The notes beneath the pieces were generated by a model. That model worked only from the letters and a program-made list of their open reading frames with translations, was not told the origin of the DNA and did no database searches. From Bigelowiella natans CCMP2755 (lineage: Eukaryota > Protista > Cercozoa), in contig ADNK01000489.1 in the NCBI GenBank assembly GCA_000320545.1, forward strand, positions 184,999 through 248,998: a stretch of DNA of 64,000 nucleotides, given 5' to 3'. Every line of letters starts with the position of its first letter. Positions within the stretch are counted from its first letter, which is position 1. Shown piece by piece: positions 1 through 12,614 of the stretch. The position numbers and the translations under genes were made by a program.

Positions 1-51
1 CTGCCTGCCTGCCTGCTGCCCCATTAAAACTAGCTTGTTGTCTTCTTGCAT

Positions 52-118
<67 letters not shown>

Positions 119-312
119 CCCCTCCCATTATAATTTTGCAATTGTTCTCTGCTTTAGAATACCACCACCCCTCTCATCATCAGTATCATCATCATCATCA
201 TCATCATCATCCCTCTCCTTCATCTCTGCTTCTTCTCTGTTGATATTAATCAAATCGTAGTAGGTCTCTCTCTTCTTTTCCCTTGTTCTTTTCTTCTTCT
301 TCTTCTTCTTAC

Positions 313-694
313 GATAATGTCGTCAAGCTTGTCTGTGGACGTGAACACAAAGTTTTCCAATTTGATATCCCGATGACAAATGCCCTGAGCAGCAGCCAGA
401 GGAAGGTAAGTAAGATCAACGAGAAGATCAAAGTAAGCGTGAAGAACGAGGAGATCATGCTCCTCCTCCTCCTCCTCCTCTTAATGTCAAAGAGTGTAGC
501 AGTCGCATTATAAATTGATGATGGATGTCCGTTGTTACTGTTGTTGTTGTTGTTGTCTCACTTTGCTATGGCAGTATGCAATTGCTTGGACAATCTTTCG
601 CATGACGATTGCGACCTGACAGCAGAGGGGGGGAGGAGCAGGGCCAACGAACGATTAGTTTTGTGAGGTAGTAAAGTAGTACAGATTTATGCGT

Positions 695-729
<35 letters not shown>

Positions 730-1933
730 CCACCGACCTCCCTCTCGGTCTTCAAGCGGACCTTACCAAGATCCTACAACCGAACAACAACAACAACAAC
801 AATAATAACAACAACAACAACAACAGCATTCCTCTTATCGGTCTTTTATGACTTTTTTTCTTCGTATAACTTATTTTTCTTATTATTCGTTGAAATATTC
901 GTGTAACTTGCCTTTCCCAAAAGCAGCTGCATGACGAGGTACCTATGAGATAATAATGAGTAGTTCACTTTGAATGATGATCTCTTCCTTCTTCTGATGT
1001 CGCTACTACTACTACTGCTACTACTACTACTACTACTTACTACTACTTACATCTTGCTCCCTTGTTCATACACTTCGTATAGACGAACGATGGCTGGGTG
1101 ATCTAAGCGCCGTAGCAAATCAACCTAACAAGTGGAAGTGGGGAGGAAGTAATTAACAGATAATCATAGCATCACTGTTCGCTTTATGACCCTACCCCTA
1201 CTACTACTACTGCTACCCCCTCCCATGTCTTGCTCTATGCTACGACGCGTGTACAGCCAGCAACCTCATTCTTTAGTTCTCCCAGCTGGGCTGGATCGAG
1301 TTTCCGCTTGTTGATACTTTTTATTGCGAATCTGCCGATTGGAAAGGTCAGTGGCGAATGGATTTATGAAGGAACAGAGACAATATGTGCAAAGAGCGCA
1401 ATAATATCTTCCTCCTCCTTGTGTACGTACAAATTTGTTCGATGTCGACCATCGTTCAGCACACCTTTTCTTCGTTTCTCTGTGGGTAGCGATATGCACC
1501 TGTTTGAGGAGGCATCATATCATCGAGTGTCAGCAGAAGAGGAATTGCTAGAATGGTTGGTATTAGAGGAATATACCGATCCTGTCATTCCTGCACCTAG
1601 AAGTTTCCCGCGCTGATAGATTTGCCACACGCCACCACTTTTGTTGGTCTTCATCAGCTAGGATACGAGGAGAGCATGGTTATTGTCACTTAACTTGTGT
1701 TATGATGAGCTTGGAATCAGCATAAGGTAGAAAAGCTACTGTTCCCTCACCTGCTCATGAATCCCACCCCCACTTCCTGCAACGTTATCTGCAGCTTCCT
1801 TTGTACTCTTGCAGCCCATATCTGTTAATAATAATAGTAGGGAATCAGACAACACTTTCAAAGCAGAGAGCACAACATGATGATGATCAAAGTTATGACT
1901 TTTATTCTCCTCAGTTGAGTGGCAGCAGCCCAT
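313..1933 (-). CDS. Ca2+-dependent/CaMK-family Ser/Thr protein kinase (CDPK-like), N-terminal half; 3' part runs off the left edge
   Basis: Spliced minus-strand exons read MGCCHSTEENK...; GVWQIYQRGKLLGAGMTGS (Gly loop); VHIATHRETKKR|FAIKSINKRKLDPAQLGELKNE; VDLLRRLDHPAIVRLYEVYEQGSK; YLVMQLLLGK; VAIVMRKIVQAIAYCHSK; GICHRDIKLENFVF (catalytic loop). These are kinase subdomains I-VIb in order. The N-terminal MGCC acylation motif is typical of CDPKs. EF-hands are not visible in the window. Confidence 0.9.
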
Positions 1934-2335
1934 AAATTACAGTCTTCGCCCGATGGGGTGCTCTTTCCGAATCTATGTTTTCCTTTCTCCCGATCGATCT
2001 GACCACCGAGGAGCATTCATCAAAACATGTATATTGCGGACATTTGAGCTCTAGTCAGCACACATGCCATTCTCTCATCATCATCATCATCATGAATATC
2101 ATCATCATCATCATCATCATCATACTCTTCACCAGGGCGGCGATCTTTCGGATTGTTGGTTCTTTCTTTACTTCTTAGCAGCAGCACCGGCCCTCGTGCC
2201 ATTTTCCATCAAAACGCCCTTGGATTTGTACCTGCGACTGCGATAAATTCGTTGCTAAATTTTGTTTTCGTCTACCGGTAATATTCTGCTTCGCAGACGG
2301 CAACTCTCAGCGCAACGCAATGGGGTGTGTGTGTG

Positions 2336-2374
<39 letters not shown>

Positions 2375-2380
<6 letters not shown>

Positions 2381-2515
2381 TGTCATGCTGCAATTGTGAC
2401 ATTCATGTGCCGATGATGATAAAAAAAAGTGTCCCATACACCCCCAGCCCCGCGCACACATTCATTTTGCCCCGTGAAGCCCCCCTATCACCCCCTCCAC
2501 ACATATACCCCAAAA

Positions 2516-2548
<33 letters not shown>

Positions 2549-2954
2549 GTAGCTCCATTACTAGAACTAGACATGGATGTTCGACGAAGTAATAGTCTGA
2601 CCGATTGCTTTCTTCGGTGTTCTTTTTTGTTCTGTTCTCGTATGCCTGTATGCGTGTGGGTGGGTAGAGAACAGGCTAAGAGAAATATGGAATGGAACGT
2701 TCACAAGTATACAGACATCGGAAGCTGATTGAAGACGCTCTGTGCGTAATTTTTTGAATGGCGTTTGCGTGAGTGGTGTTGTTTGTTGTTTGTTTACAAG
2801 TACTTGAACGTGTGTGTGTGTTTGTGATGTACATGCTGCAATTATGGCATCAATGTGCCGATGATGATAAAAAAAGTGTCCATAGAATCAATCCTCTCGA
2901 GCGCATTCATTTTGCACCGTGAAGATGAAAACTTGCATCACCATCTGAGGCTTT

Positions 2955-2994
<40 letters not shown>

Positions 2995-3055
2995 GTAGCT
3001 CCTTAACTAGAACTCGACATGGATGTTCGACGCAGAAAATAGTTTCGACTGTTGT
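2375..3055 (+). repeat. Imperfect direct duplication of a ~230-bp unit (about 2375-2610 and 2823-3055)
   Basis: Both copies share gtgatgt(a)catgctgcaatt...atgtgccgatgatgataaaaaaagtgtcc...ttcattttgc.ccgtgaag...(CA)n-cagtgtagctcc.t.actagaact.gacatggatgttcgacg. Confidence 0.9.
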
Positions 3056-3584
3056 TCGTGTATGCACATATTTCTCACTATGCGTGCGTGTGTGTGTGTG
3101 TATGTGTGTTGTGTGTGCGTGCGTGTGTGTGTTCGCGTGTGTAGAGAATGAGATCAGGCAAACGCGAGCGTCTTGGAGCAAACAGAGATCGGATGGCACC
3201 TAGATGAGTGTCCTCAGAGAGTTGCTAGCGGAGAATTGCACTTGAGGGTAACAATTCACAGCCAACATAGTCTTCTGAGGCGGGCTATGACAATGATGAA
3301 GTAGATCAAGATGTGATCGATTTGGGGAACAGATGTTCAGATATGAGAGCAAGGTCGTTCCTCCAAACCTGCTCTCTGCTACTTCAAAATTGTGTGGAAA
3401 GTTCAGTGGTACTGAAAATGTTTTTTTCCTTCAATGTGCAGAAGGACAGCTGCTCTGGCTACTCGGACAGATGACGATTGATCCAACGGAGTGGAAGCGG
3501 TGGTGCCCCTGTTGTTGCCAAACTGGAAAGCCTGAATTCGATCGAGGTGGGAGAAGGAGATCGGAGGAAGGGGATGTGTTGTGA
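2547..3584 (+). CDS. Putative orphan spliced gene or pseudogene, divergent partner of the kinase
   Basis: Exon-like segments with AG/GT borders (VAPLLELDMDVRR at ~2547; ANASVLEQTEIGWHLDECPQR at ~3160; ORF 3333-3584 after ...aacag). No recognisable domain. Confidence 0.3.
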
Positions 3585-3629
3585 AGAACACTGGAGTGAG
3601 TTCTGTGGGCATGGTTCGGAATGAGTGCT

Positions 3630-4330
3630 ACGGTGCGATGACATGTAGGTGCATGCAGATGGGCATTTCAGTCGGTGTGTGCAAGCAATTCATCTTGGTG
3701 CATGTGAACCTCAAGGGCTCCACGCTAGTCTAGCTAGTGCACGCACAGCGACAACCGGAATCTGTGTGAATTGCTCATTGTCATTGACATGTAGGAGATC
3801 AGATTTCTAGCACAAACTAGCAAAGTGCGAATGATGCCATGACAACGACTGAATGGTCAACTGCAATGATGTATACCACACCTCTGACAACGAATTGGCG
3901 AATTGCCTCGAGCAAGCCCAGCTGCCACTCACTGGCTTGGCTATTTTGCGATGCAACAATAATGTAGGATTCACGAGCTGCTGCCAGCCAGCTTACTAGC
4001 TTAAGTCTGAATATCATATAGTTGCCGCTGCTGAGAGCCAGTAAGCAACAAACTTGCACTACACGTTTCAGTGCGTGTGGCAAGAGACTTTGACTGTCAT
4101 TGATTACTTGCGCGCGCAGATGCCCAGTCTCTGCAGCTCAAGTGTCATGCCGCACAGGTACGTGCGTTTACTTCGCGTAGTAGACGATGCGTTGAAAATG
4201 TCTCTTTTGTCCAATGGTCATGCCAGCGACAGGCCTGCTAGCCTGGCTAGCTGGCGAGCTGTGTGTAGACTGGTGCTCTAGCTCACAGCAAGCGCCTTCT
4301 GTGGAACCAATAAGCTTTTGTCGCTACATC
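3630..4330. other. Convergent-junction RY-palindrome tract T1
   Basis: Dense acatgt, tgcatgca, gctagtctagctagtgcac, gcgcgc, gctagc, ctagct. Lies between a + unit ending ~3584 and a - unit ending ~4330-4390. Confidence 0.7.
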
Positions 4331-5184
4331 TAACAATGAAGTCTGTGCTTGTGGTTTACCGTAGCAAACCCAGCATCACAGTCTATCATATGAACGACAT
4401 GCAAACGCGCAGCTTGAAAATGATGGAAGGCTTGTTCATGTCTAGATGTTGCCTCGAAGTTCGTTACGCAGTCATCGGAGAACAAAGATTTCAAAAGTAG
4501 ACCCGGGAATGAAAGTTCGCAGAACCATCTCCAGTCTGGTGCGCGACAACGTAGGAACCTATTATTCATGTGATACAATAGATGCTGATTCTTGTCGATG
4601 AATAGATCATCGAAAATGTGTTATTCATCCGCTACGTACCGTAATTCCTGTCATAATGTCGCCGACCATCAAGCCATTGTTGCAATGTGCAACTGCTCCA
4701 GGCTCGTCTACACTGCGCCTTGTGTCCAAATTGTAAGCATCCACAACATCTCCCTTCTCCTTGACCTCCAAAATCTTTAGGGGCCCATAACGAAGCTTAT
4801 CTGTTCGCACACCCAATTCTGCGTTCTCGTCAGTAACAACGACCTTTAAAACCTTTTTCCCGTGCCTTATTATGTCCAAAAGTACTGGCATGCATGATAG
4901 CGCTCGTAAAGCTGATAAGAATTGTCCAAGTCCGTTGATAGAAAAACTAACTCCAATCACAATGTCGTTGCGTTGCAGTTCTAAATCTTCAATCCGTGGA
5001 TGATAATGAGGAGTACCGCGCTCCAAAACAGCGGTATCATGCTCTTGACAGTACATCTGGTGGGGATCCCGCACAAGATGCTCAGCATATATTGAGCTGC
5101 TATGGACGACTTGACCGTCCGCTACACTCATGTTAGGTTCCACATCTGAAAGCCCATCATCATGACTTTCCTTTCCGTCCATCG

Positions 5185-5222
<38 letters not shown>

Positions 5223-5921
5223 GCGGAGATGTAACGAGAAAGCATTCGTCTTTCATCAGACTGTAGCTGTGAAGGGATACTACAACTACTACTACTACTA
5301 CTACTACTACTACCCGTGCTGCTGCTGCTGCTTGAAGCATTGTTTTTTGGACCTCTCCAAGCGGTGAAAACTACTTTCACTGTCTTCCCCGGAAAGTTCA
5401 AAGTCTCATCTTCTCCCATATCTACAAAAACATTTACCACACTGATAGTAAATTCGTTGCCGCCAACCATCAAAATCCGCTGGAGGGGGGGGGGGTGTAC
5501 CTGCTAAGTGACACCGCAGTAGTTGCACATACCTAAGAATCCATCATATCTTAAAGAGGTGTTGCGAGATCGCTTTTGAAAGGAAGCCGTGTTAGTACCA
5601 TTCAGCTAGTTCTTTGTCGATGTTTCCACGTAGACATCCTATTTTCTGCACGTGGTTTCTGACGGCTTCGAATTCGCGTTGAGCTTTCTTCTTCATCATC
5701 ATATCAATCTGCGGTGGTGAGAAGGAGGCGTACTTCTTCTTCTTCTGAACATGGTGCTGAGACGACGATGACGACGACGACGGGTAGATCTCATCCGGAA
5801 TCATAAGTAGTGACACGGAGGTTTGAAGGATATAATGCAGCCGAATTCGAAATATTTCGCGTAGATCGGAGATGGAAACGTCCCTCCAGAACTTGCACCA
5901 TGAACGAGAAGGAAGGGAACC

Positions 5922-5955
<34 letters not shown>

Positions 5956-8225
5956 GATGGGTCGTCGAATCTTGACGTTGGTCCTCCTCCTCCTCCTCCT
6001 CCACCTCCTTCTCCTCCTTGGTAGTAGTAGGAATGATGGAGAAGATGGACAATCGACAGCCCAACTGTCCTTGTTGTGTAGTAGACGTTAATACGAACAA
6101 GGCGAGGAGCTGCCTGTTGGAGAAGTGGTAGCTCAACTTGCTCTCCTGATACGCCACACAAGAAACAGCTGTTTTCACTGGCCAGGTATAGGATATTGCT
6201 GAGGGAGAAAGAAGTTGCTATGCTATAAGCGAACCTTCGAAGCTTTGCCTTTTAACGAGGTGGAACTTTTGGAAGGTAACCACTTTCTGCCTTGGATGGA
6301 ACGAGGTTTCTCGGTACCCAGTGTTGTATGCAATCATTCTGGAGAGCAAGAACAAGAAGAGGAGGATGATGATGATTGGTAATGCTCGCTTCAATGGGTT
6401 GCAACAACTATCTTTTTATCATTCATCATACATGCTGTGAAAATGGACGACTAGGAGGCTGTCGCAACCTTGCTCCATCAAGGTACTTCTTCGCCTCCTT
6501 CTTGGCTTTCATTTCCCTCCGGCTACGAAGTTCCTGCTGCTTATGACGGGCTCTTTCTCTTTGCTTTTGGTCGTGGTACTCCTTCTCTAGAATTGCTCGA
6601 GACTTGGACTTCACAGCTTGTGCCGTCTTCCTCTGTAGCGCCTTCAGTCGAGATATTTGCTGGTTTCTATCCTAACGAAGGAGGTGGATGTGTGAATTGC
6701 TGCAGAAAAATAAATATTAGTTCTTATTTTCCCGAGTGTCGGCTGCCATCTCTTGAGCGTTTGTGAGTGTTGCACCACAGTTAATTAGAATCGATGGATG
6801 ATGAGACTCCATGCGCCAACAACCGACCTGACGATGCTTTCTCTGCAATGCGTAAAAATGATGCAGCTTCTCGACCAGTTCTATCGGCACCTTCTTACCT
6901 AGAAGAAGAAGAAGAAGAAAAAGAAGGAGAAGAAGAAGAAGAAGAAAACATGGTGGAAATAATACAGGGATGATGAGATCTCTTTCAAGAGCAAAGGTCG
7001 ATGCATTTTGTGGAGGACTGTGCGAACGCTAATACCAACCAACCAACATGTAAATACATACTTGATGCGAAATCATGCTTTCGAATAGTCACCCAACTCC
7101 CGTCGGAGGAGACACAGACACCCAATGGACCCTAACTCGCATCATTACGACGACATAAAATTAATCTCTAGCTTACAACAAAGCTGGATAACAACTGATT
7201 TCTTCACACAAACTCTTTCTCTTCACCCATCTCGCTCCTTTCTCTCCCCTCTGCTCTCTCAAATGGCATCTCAAGATTGAAAGTTGCCGTATTGCCTCAG
7301 TCCTGTGCCTTAGCTGAATTTCGAGGTCTGAATAATCTGCAACACTATCCGAGAACTCCCATTTATACCTGGAGAGTGTCACGGCCTGTGAATATTGTGT
7401 TTTTCTATTCGTAGTAGTAGCACGATCATCGTGGTACATCGTCCTCATCATGCTTAGAGTAGTGCTTTACCCGAAATTGTCTGATATCCAGTATTCTTCA
7501 TTTGCAGTGAGACAGCTGATGATATGGCACAAATGAGAAGAGAATGGAATATTATGCCGCAATAAAAGCTGGCGGTACATGTTGTAAATCTGCCCTCCTT
7601 TCCTATTCGTTGCGTTGATCCTCTTCTGATAGACATACCCAGAAACGATTACGTCACGTTCAATCATCATCAAACACCTCAATGCCACAGGTCTTTGCTT
7701 CTTGAGGCTGACAGTCAATAGAGAGGTGTATTCATACTGTCAGGATTCTAATTACTGAACCTGCAAGCCTCTTGGGATTGAGTGAGATTGATATCCATTT
7801 AGCGAATTTATGGCGACTCCACTTTCCCCTCCATAAACGCCTCCCCACCTTCATAAATGTAACAACGCTTCCAAAATTAAAATACCAAACTGTAGCAGCA
7901 TGCGAGCCTCGTTAAAATATTACTTTTACCTTCCGAAAGCCACAACGGGTGTTTTCGACGGATGAATGTCTTTCACACCATCACGAATAAATTGAGGACA
8001 GCCATGACCGAATCGATGGAAAATCCGTGGCTTTTTGCCACGTTTCCTACTAGATCTGGACGAAGATAAGGACTTCGGCTTTGATGATGATGTTGTGGTC
8101 GAAGCAGTATCTATTTCATCTTCTTTATCTTCTTCTTCGTCTTCGACAAACCGCTCTCCCTTTATGTACCAACAGTTTGGGTTTCCTGGAAAAGGGGGAT
8201 GACGTTCGTTTTACGTTCTCATCAC

Positions 8226-8261
<36 letters not shown>

Positions 8262-8750
8262 TGATGATTTTAGCTTTCATTTTTACCTTCACTCCATTCT
8301 AATCCTGTAACTCTATATCTGACAATTCATAGAATCTATGTAAGACCAAATCTGAATATAATGTTTATCGTCCAGGGTAGATAGATAGATATATTACCCG
8401 TTCAGTCGGCAGTACGAAAGTTGCTTTACCACAGGCTTAGGAACACCTTTACAAAAGTGCTCCTGCCATTCTGATCTACCATCGTTCCAGTTCAATAGTA
8501 AAGCGTATTGAAATGAACGATTCTTGTCCTGCGAGTGGTTATCCGGATAATTAAAAAACACGAGGAGGTCGCATCTTTTGACCTCTGTTAATGCACCTGC
8601 GCCTGCGACATTTTCAGGAGAATTCGTGAACCAGGAGAGCCTTCGATGGGGGGCGGAAGCGCCATCGTTCCACCCCAGCTTGGAAAGCACCGGTACTTTT
8701 ACTATAGAGTAGCAACTAGACGGCCAAGGCCTGCTCGGTCATCGCATCGA
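4330..8750 (-). CDS. Large multi-exon hypothetical protein with a possible C-terminal PDZ-like region
   Basis: Long coding-like minus ORFs (4625-5473, 5592-6161, 6426-6614, 7173-7451, 7467-7718, 8394-8690) plus in-frame exons such as HGCPQFIRDGVKDIHPSK and RCYIYEGGEAFMEGKW. The C-terminal LGVRTD...PGAVAHCNNGLMVGDIMTGIT resembles a PDZ fold (weak). Start and stop not resolved. Confidence 0.6.
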
Positions 8751-9392
8751 CGGGTAAATAAAATCCGGTTGTGACTCTATTTACTCATCGCGACAACACA
8801 TTGCAGTCGTCGAAAGTCAAAATTCAACTGCGATTTCGTAACTATTGCGTGTTTAGATTCGCGTCGAATTCGCAAGCGCGAAACTTTTGAGCTTCCCAGT
8901 AGGTTTCCGATGTGCGTCAAGCTGTGTCCGCATTCGAGCTCTAAGTTGCGGTAATGATGTTGACGTTTTTGTAAATTCGCATGTGTTTTTAGAGATACTG
9001 TTGGAGCTTTCCCGATAATGATTTTTCGAACAGCTGCGCTCAACAATCTCATCCCTCTGAAGGAGAAAGCAAGGCCTAGCTAGAAGCAGCTGCTCTCCAT
9101 CTTGCAACGACGTAGACTTACTACTAATACAACTACTACTAAAACTATTGTAAATACAGCTACTACTTTCAATGAAACTCGTATCTGCAGGAAATACACA
9201 CTAGTAAAGATGACAAACGACGAGCTTTGACTTCCTTCTTAATCGAAGAATGTGTGGAACTTCTTCTCTCATTCTTGCTTCTCCTCTTCTCACTGCTAAA
9301 GATTAATTTTGTGTGTCAATTTGATGTTCTGGTCACATGTTATGCGGCAGGTAGCCAGAAATCTTGTTGGGGACCTCAATTCCTGTAGTGTA

Positions 9393-9818
9393 ATGAGCCG
9401 TGATAGCAAGGCTGTAGACAGCAGTAAAGACTGGGAATATCGGGAGTGGATTTGTGATGCTCAATTCAATATTAAGAAGATTTGTGAATTCCTCAATAAT
9501 TTCGGTAAGTATCATAACTTGAAATGAGATATACTTTATAATCTCACCACTGCACAACTCTTTTACTACCGCATTAGATACAACGGTTCGAAGCCGGCTG
9601 TCGAAAGTGGATGCAAAATTGACTATGCTAGAGCGACAACTCAAGTACTTTACACCCAATAGCCTAAAGAAATTGTTTGTCCTAACTTTCATTGTGATAT
9701 TTCATTGAGTGCAACTGGATGAGTATTCAAGCTCTAAAATCTTTAAATTTGTTGTCTTAGTGTATTAGAAGAATCTTTAAGAAATAAAGCTGAAGATTCG
9801 GAACCGGAGGAACAATGA
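9393..9818 (+). CDS. BRK1: BRICK1/HSPC300, SCAR/WAVE regulatory complex subunit (3 coding exons)
   Basis: Spliced product MSRDSKAVDSSKDWEYREWICDAQFNIKKICEFLNNF|DTTVRSRLSKVDAKLTMLERQL|NVLEESLRNKAEDSEPEEQ*. Matches the BRK1 pattern DWxxREx(7)IKKIxxFLNxFDxxxRSRLxxxxxKLTxLER. GT-AG introns at ~9505-9577 and ~9646-9760. Confidence 0.92.
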
Positions 9819-10129
9819 AATCGTAAATTTTTGGGGTGCTCAGCGTATGAAGTACCAGTAAGTTTACCACCCGTTCGGAAGGGATATATTACTAGTCATT
9901 GATCACTCTAGCAAGGCTGCCCCCCATCAATAAGAGCTACTTACAAGTATTTTCGTTTAGTTATTGATACACATGAAAAGCTTTCTTAGAGCAATTCGAT
10001 TTAAGCTCTTCGCTTTCGATCTACTGTGCCTCATTCTATCCTGCTTGCTTACCGTTGATCGTGAATGACACTGCGGACATAGATAATGTTACACATCATC
10101 ACAGCGTTGGTTAATACCTCCAGCATCGT

Positions 10130-10344
10130 ATCCTAGCAGATTATTTTATCATATCATATATATAAGTCTAGCAGATGTGATATGTGTATAGGTAGCTATA
10201 CTTCGCGGCTCGCTGCTTGTCACATGTAGCTATTATTCCATGCGCCATTGAGTTGATCAAATTTCCCGTGAAAATGATGACCAACTGGAAGCAAGATATT
10301 AGCTTGCATACTCAAAAGTGCCACATATGCATAGCACTACCCCC

Positions 10345-10416
<72 letters not shown>

Positions 10417-10540
10417 AACAAAACACACACACAGACGCACATATCCGCCACACCTGGCTGGATGCTACACAATACATGCATGCCGTTTTATGTGCACGTA
10501 TAGCATTGTATCGCTGGCTGCTATAAAAACTAACGCAGTC
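10130..10540. other. Convergent-junction RY-palindrome tract T2
   Basis: ctagcag, gtagctata, cacatgtagcta, agcttgcata, atatgcatagc, acatgcatgc, gtgcacgta. Lies between BRK1 (+) and the SRCR locus (-). Confidence 0.6.
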
Positions 10541-10559
10541 ACTCTAAGCAGTGATAAAA

Positions 10560-12050
10560 ATCGTACGAAAGATTCGATTCAGATATCAGGTCCAACAGGC
10601 GAGACACTAGTTGCCATCGTAGGTCCGCGAATCCATGGCCTCGCTAATTGCTGCTGAGCCACACGGTTTCTATCAAAGAGCTTTATATGTTTCACATCTG
10701 TATCACTTTGACTATGTGCAGGAATAGGGCTACTAGCTTGCGCTATGTTCACACTAATCCGTGCATGTTCCACACCGTCTTTTGTTTGATTGCTACCCTT
10801 CTTATTTACCCGAAATGTGCTAATCATGATCATCAGCGACAAAACAGAGTGGCATTTGAAGATGCCAACGAAAGGACTGATACTGTAAGGTAATGTTTCC
10901 CCCCTGTTTAGATCTAATATGGCTCATAAAATTTTTGGTTTGTAGGTGCAGATATCGGAGATACAGATGTTGACGTTCTTCTGGAGCGTAGTGTCGTTGG
11001 CGAAACTGTTCACGAACAATTAAGATACATGTAGCCTGGATTGCAGTGACCAGACGGGGTGTAAATGCCTATTCCCGAGGATACGTAGCTGAATTGATAT
11101 CCAGGGCACTCTTCAATACGCGACTCTCTCCCAGAGTACGACAGCACCATAGGATTAAGAAGGAGGTATACGGTGGGGTCGCAGCACCAACGGTGCTTAT
11201 GGCCTCCACAAGAAAGATATCCAAGCTGGCGGCAAGCAACTAGAGCTATTTTAGTATCAGCCCCACAGAGAGGGTCCCATCCATTTGGACTCACAAAATG
11301 CCCCATATCTATCTCTGGGACTCCGGTCTCTGTAGAATCTGTCTTCCAAGATATGTTGTTGTGTTAAGGCAGAAAGTTGGAGAACTTGTTCGCGATGCAA
11401 ACTGGGTCTTAATGTTCCCGGTGAAAGCGTAGATGCAGGGCTAATCTTCGGTGATGGAATATGAATAGCGACAGTGATGTGGCCACCGTTGGTGCAGCGG
11501 TTGCATAGTCATAACAAAACGTGATTCCAAGTCACTGAGGAACTGAATCATTCAAGGGCTCAAAGTTGGCAGGTTTCGTTCTTAGCATACTGCATTCCCA
11601 ACCAGTGTAATTTGTAGTAATAGGACACGGACTCTATAACCTAATAGATATGTCAATGATGAAAGATGTGGCGAATATTTTTGAATTGTACAAAGTGAAA
11701 ACAATAGCGAAGTTTTCTGCGACACATATTATAGTATCAGAGACGCAAACGCAACTACTGCCCCAAAATGAATGAAGAAGGAAGTTAAATCAATGTCGGG
11801 GTTTTCTGAAGCTGTTTGGTCACTTTCTCTTCATGATAAGCCAAAGGAATCGGTACCTTTTCGAATAATCCAAGCTGAACATCTTCGAACTCTGTCGGCA
11901 AAATTGATGAGACTACCTTTCGCAGCGGTTTCGATTTTCGAGTCAACTTTTTTTGTGTCTTCCAGCAAGAATCCATTGGTTTTTTTGTCGTAGTTTCTCT
12001 ACGAACAACATGCAATTTGGAACTTGCGACTACCTAAAACTTGCCGCATC
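10560..12050 (-). pseudogene. Probable pseudogene of an SRCR (scavenger receptor cysteine-rich) domain cell-surface protein
   Basis: ETGVPEI...WDPLCGADTKIALVACRQLGY...SYSGRESRIEECP is an SRCR motif (GxxE...WxxxC...AxVxCRQLG...GxEsxLxxC), flanked by S/T/P-rich stalk sequence. The reading frame is broken by in-frame stops (~11010, ~11535) and frameshifts (~11370, ~11470) that are not bordered by obvious splice sites. Confidence 0.65.
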
Positions 12051-12544
12051 AAACCACGAACGCCCTTGTAACAAGAGCGAGTCCGCACACACCTCGGCTT
12101 CACGCTCGAGGTAAAGAATGTCATAAGAGAAGATCCAGATGATGCTCATTTACCCACTGCGACATGCACATTTACGGTAAATACGTAGAGAGCGCGCTAC
12201 ATTTTTATTCCCGTCCCGTGCTCAAAACCCAGGGAGTAAGCCATACGGCAGCAGCGCTGGTACGTCACGACGGGGGTGCGAACACGAAACGGTGGTGTGA
12301 GATGTAAAGGAAGGAAGGGAGGAAGGGAAGAGAAAAGAAGGGAAAGGGGTTCATTTGGAATGGAATCGAGGGAGGGCTGACTAGCCAATGAATTATATGC
12401 ACACGCACGCACGGACACACACACACGTCAGCATTTCTACATCATCATAATAGTGGGAAATAATCCTGCACTCTGCAGCAACATTTTAGGCTCAGTAGGA
12501 TAGCATGTACGTTGGCTTCTTCTTCTGGGTCTTTATTCTTCCAC

Positions 12545-12591
<47 letters not shown>

Positions 12592-12614
12592 ACACATTTC
12601 TCAGACTTATCGCA

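Noticed and set aside
283-513. + strand ORF with an attractive gtaagt donor
   Set aside because: The opposite strand encodes the kinase HRDIKLEN catalytic-loop exon.
9333-9692. 119-aa minus ORF
   Set aside because: Antisense to the clearly recognisable BRK1 exons.
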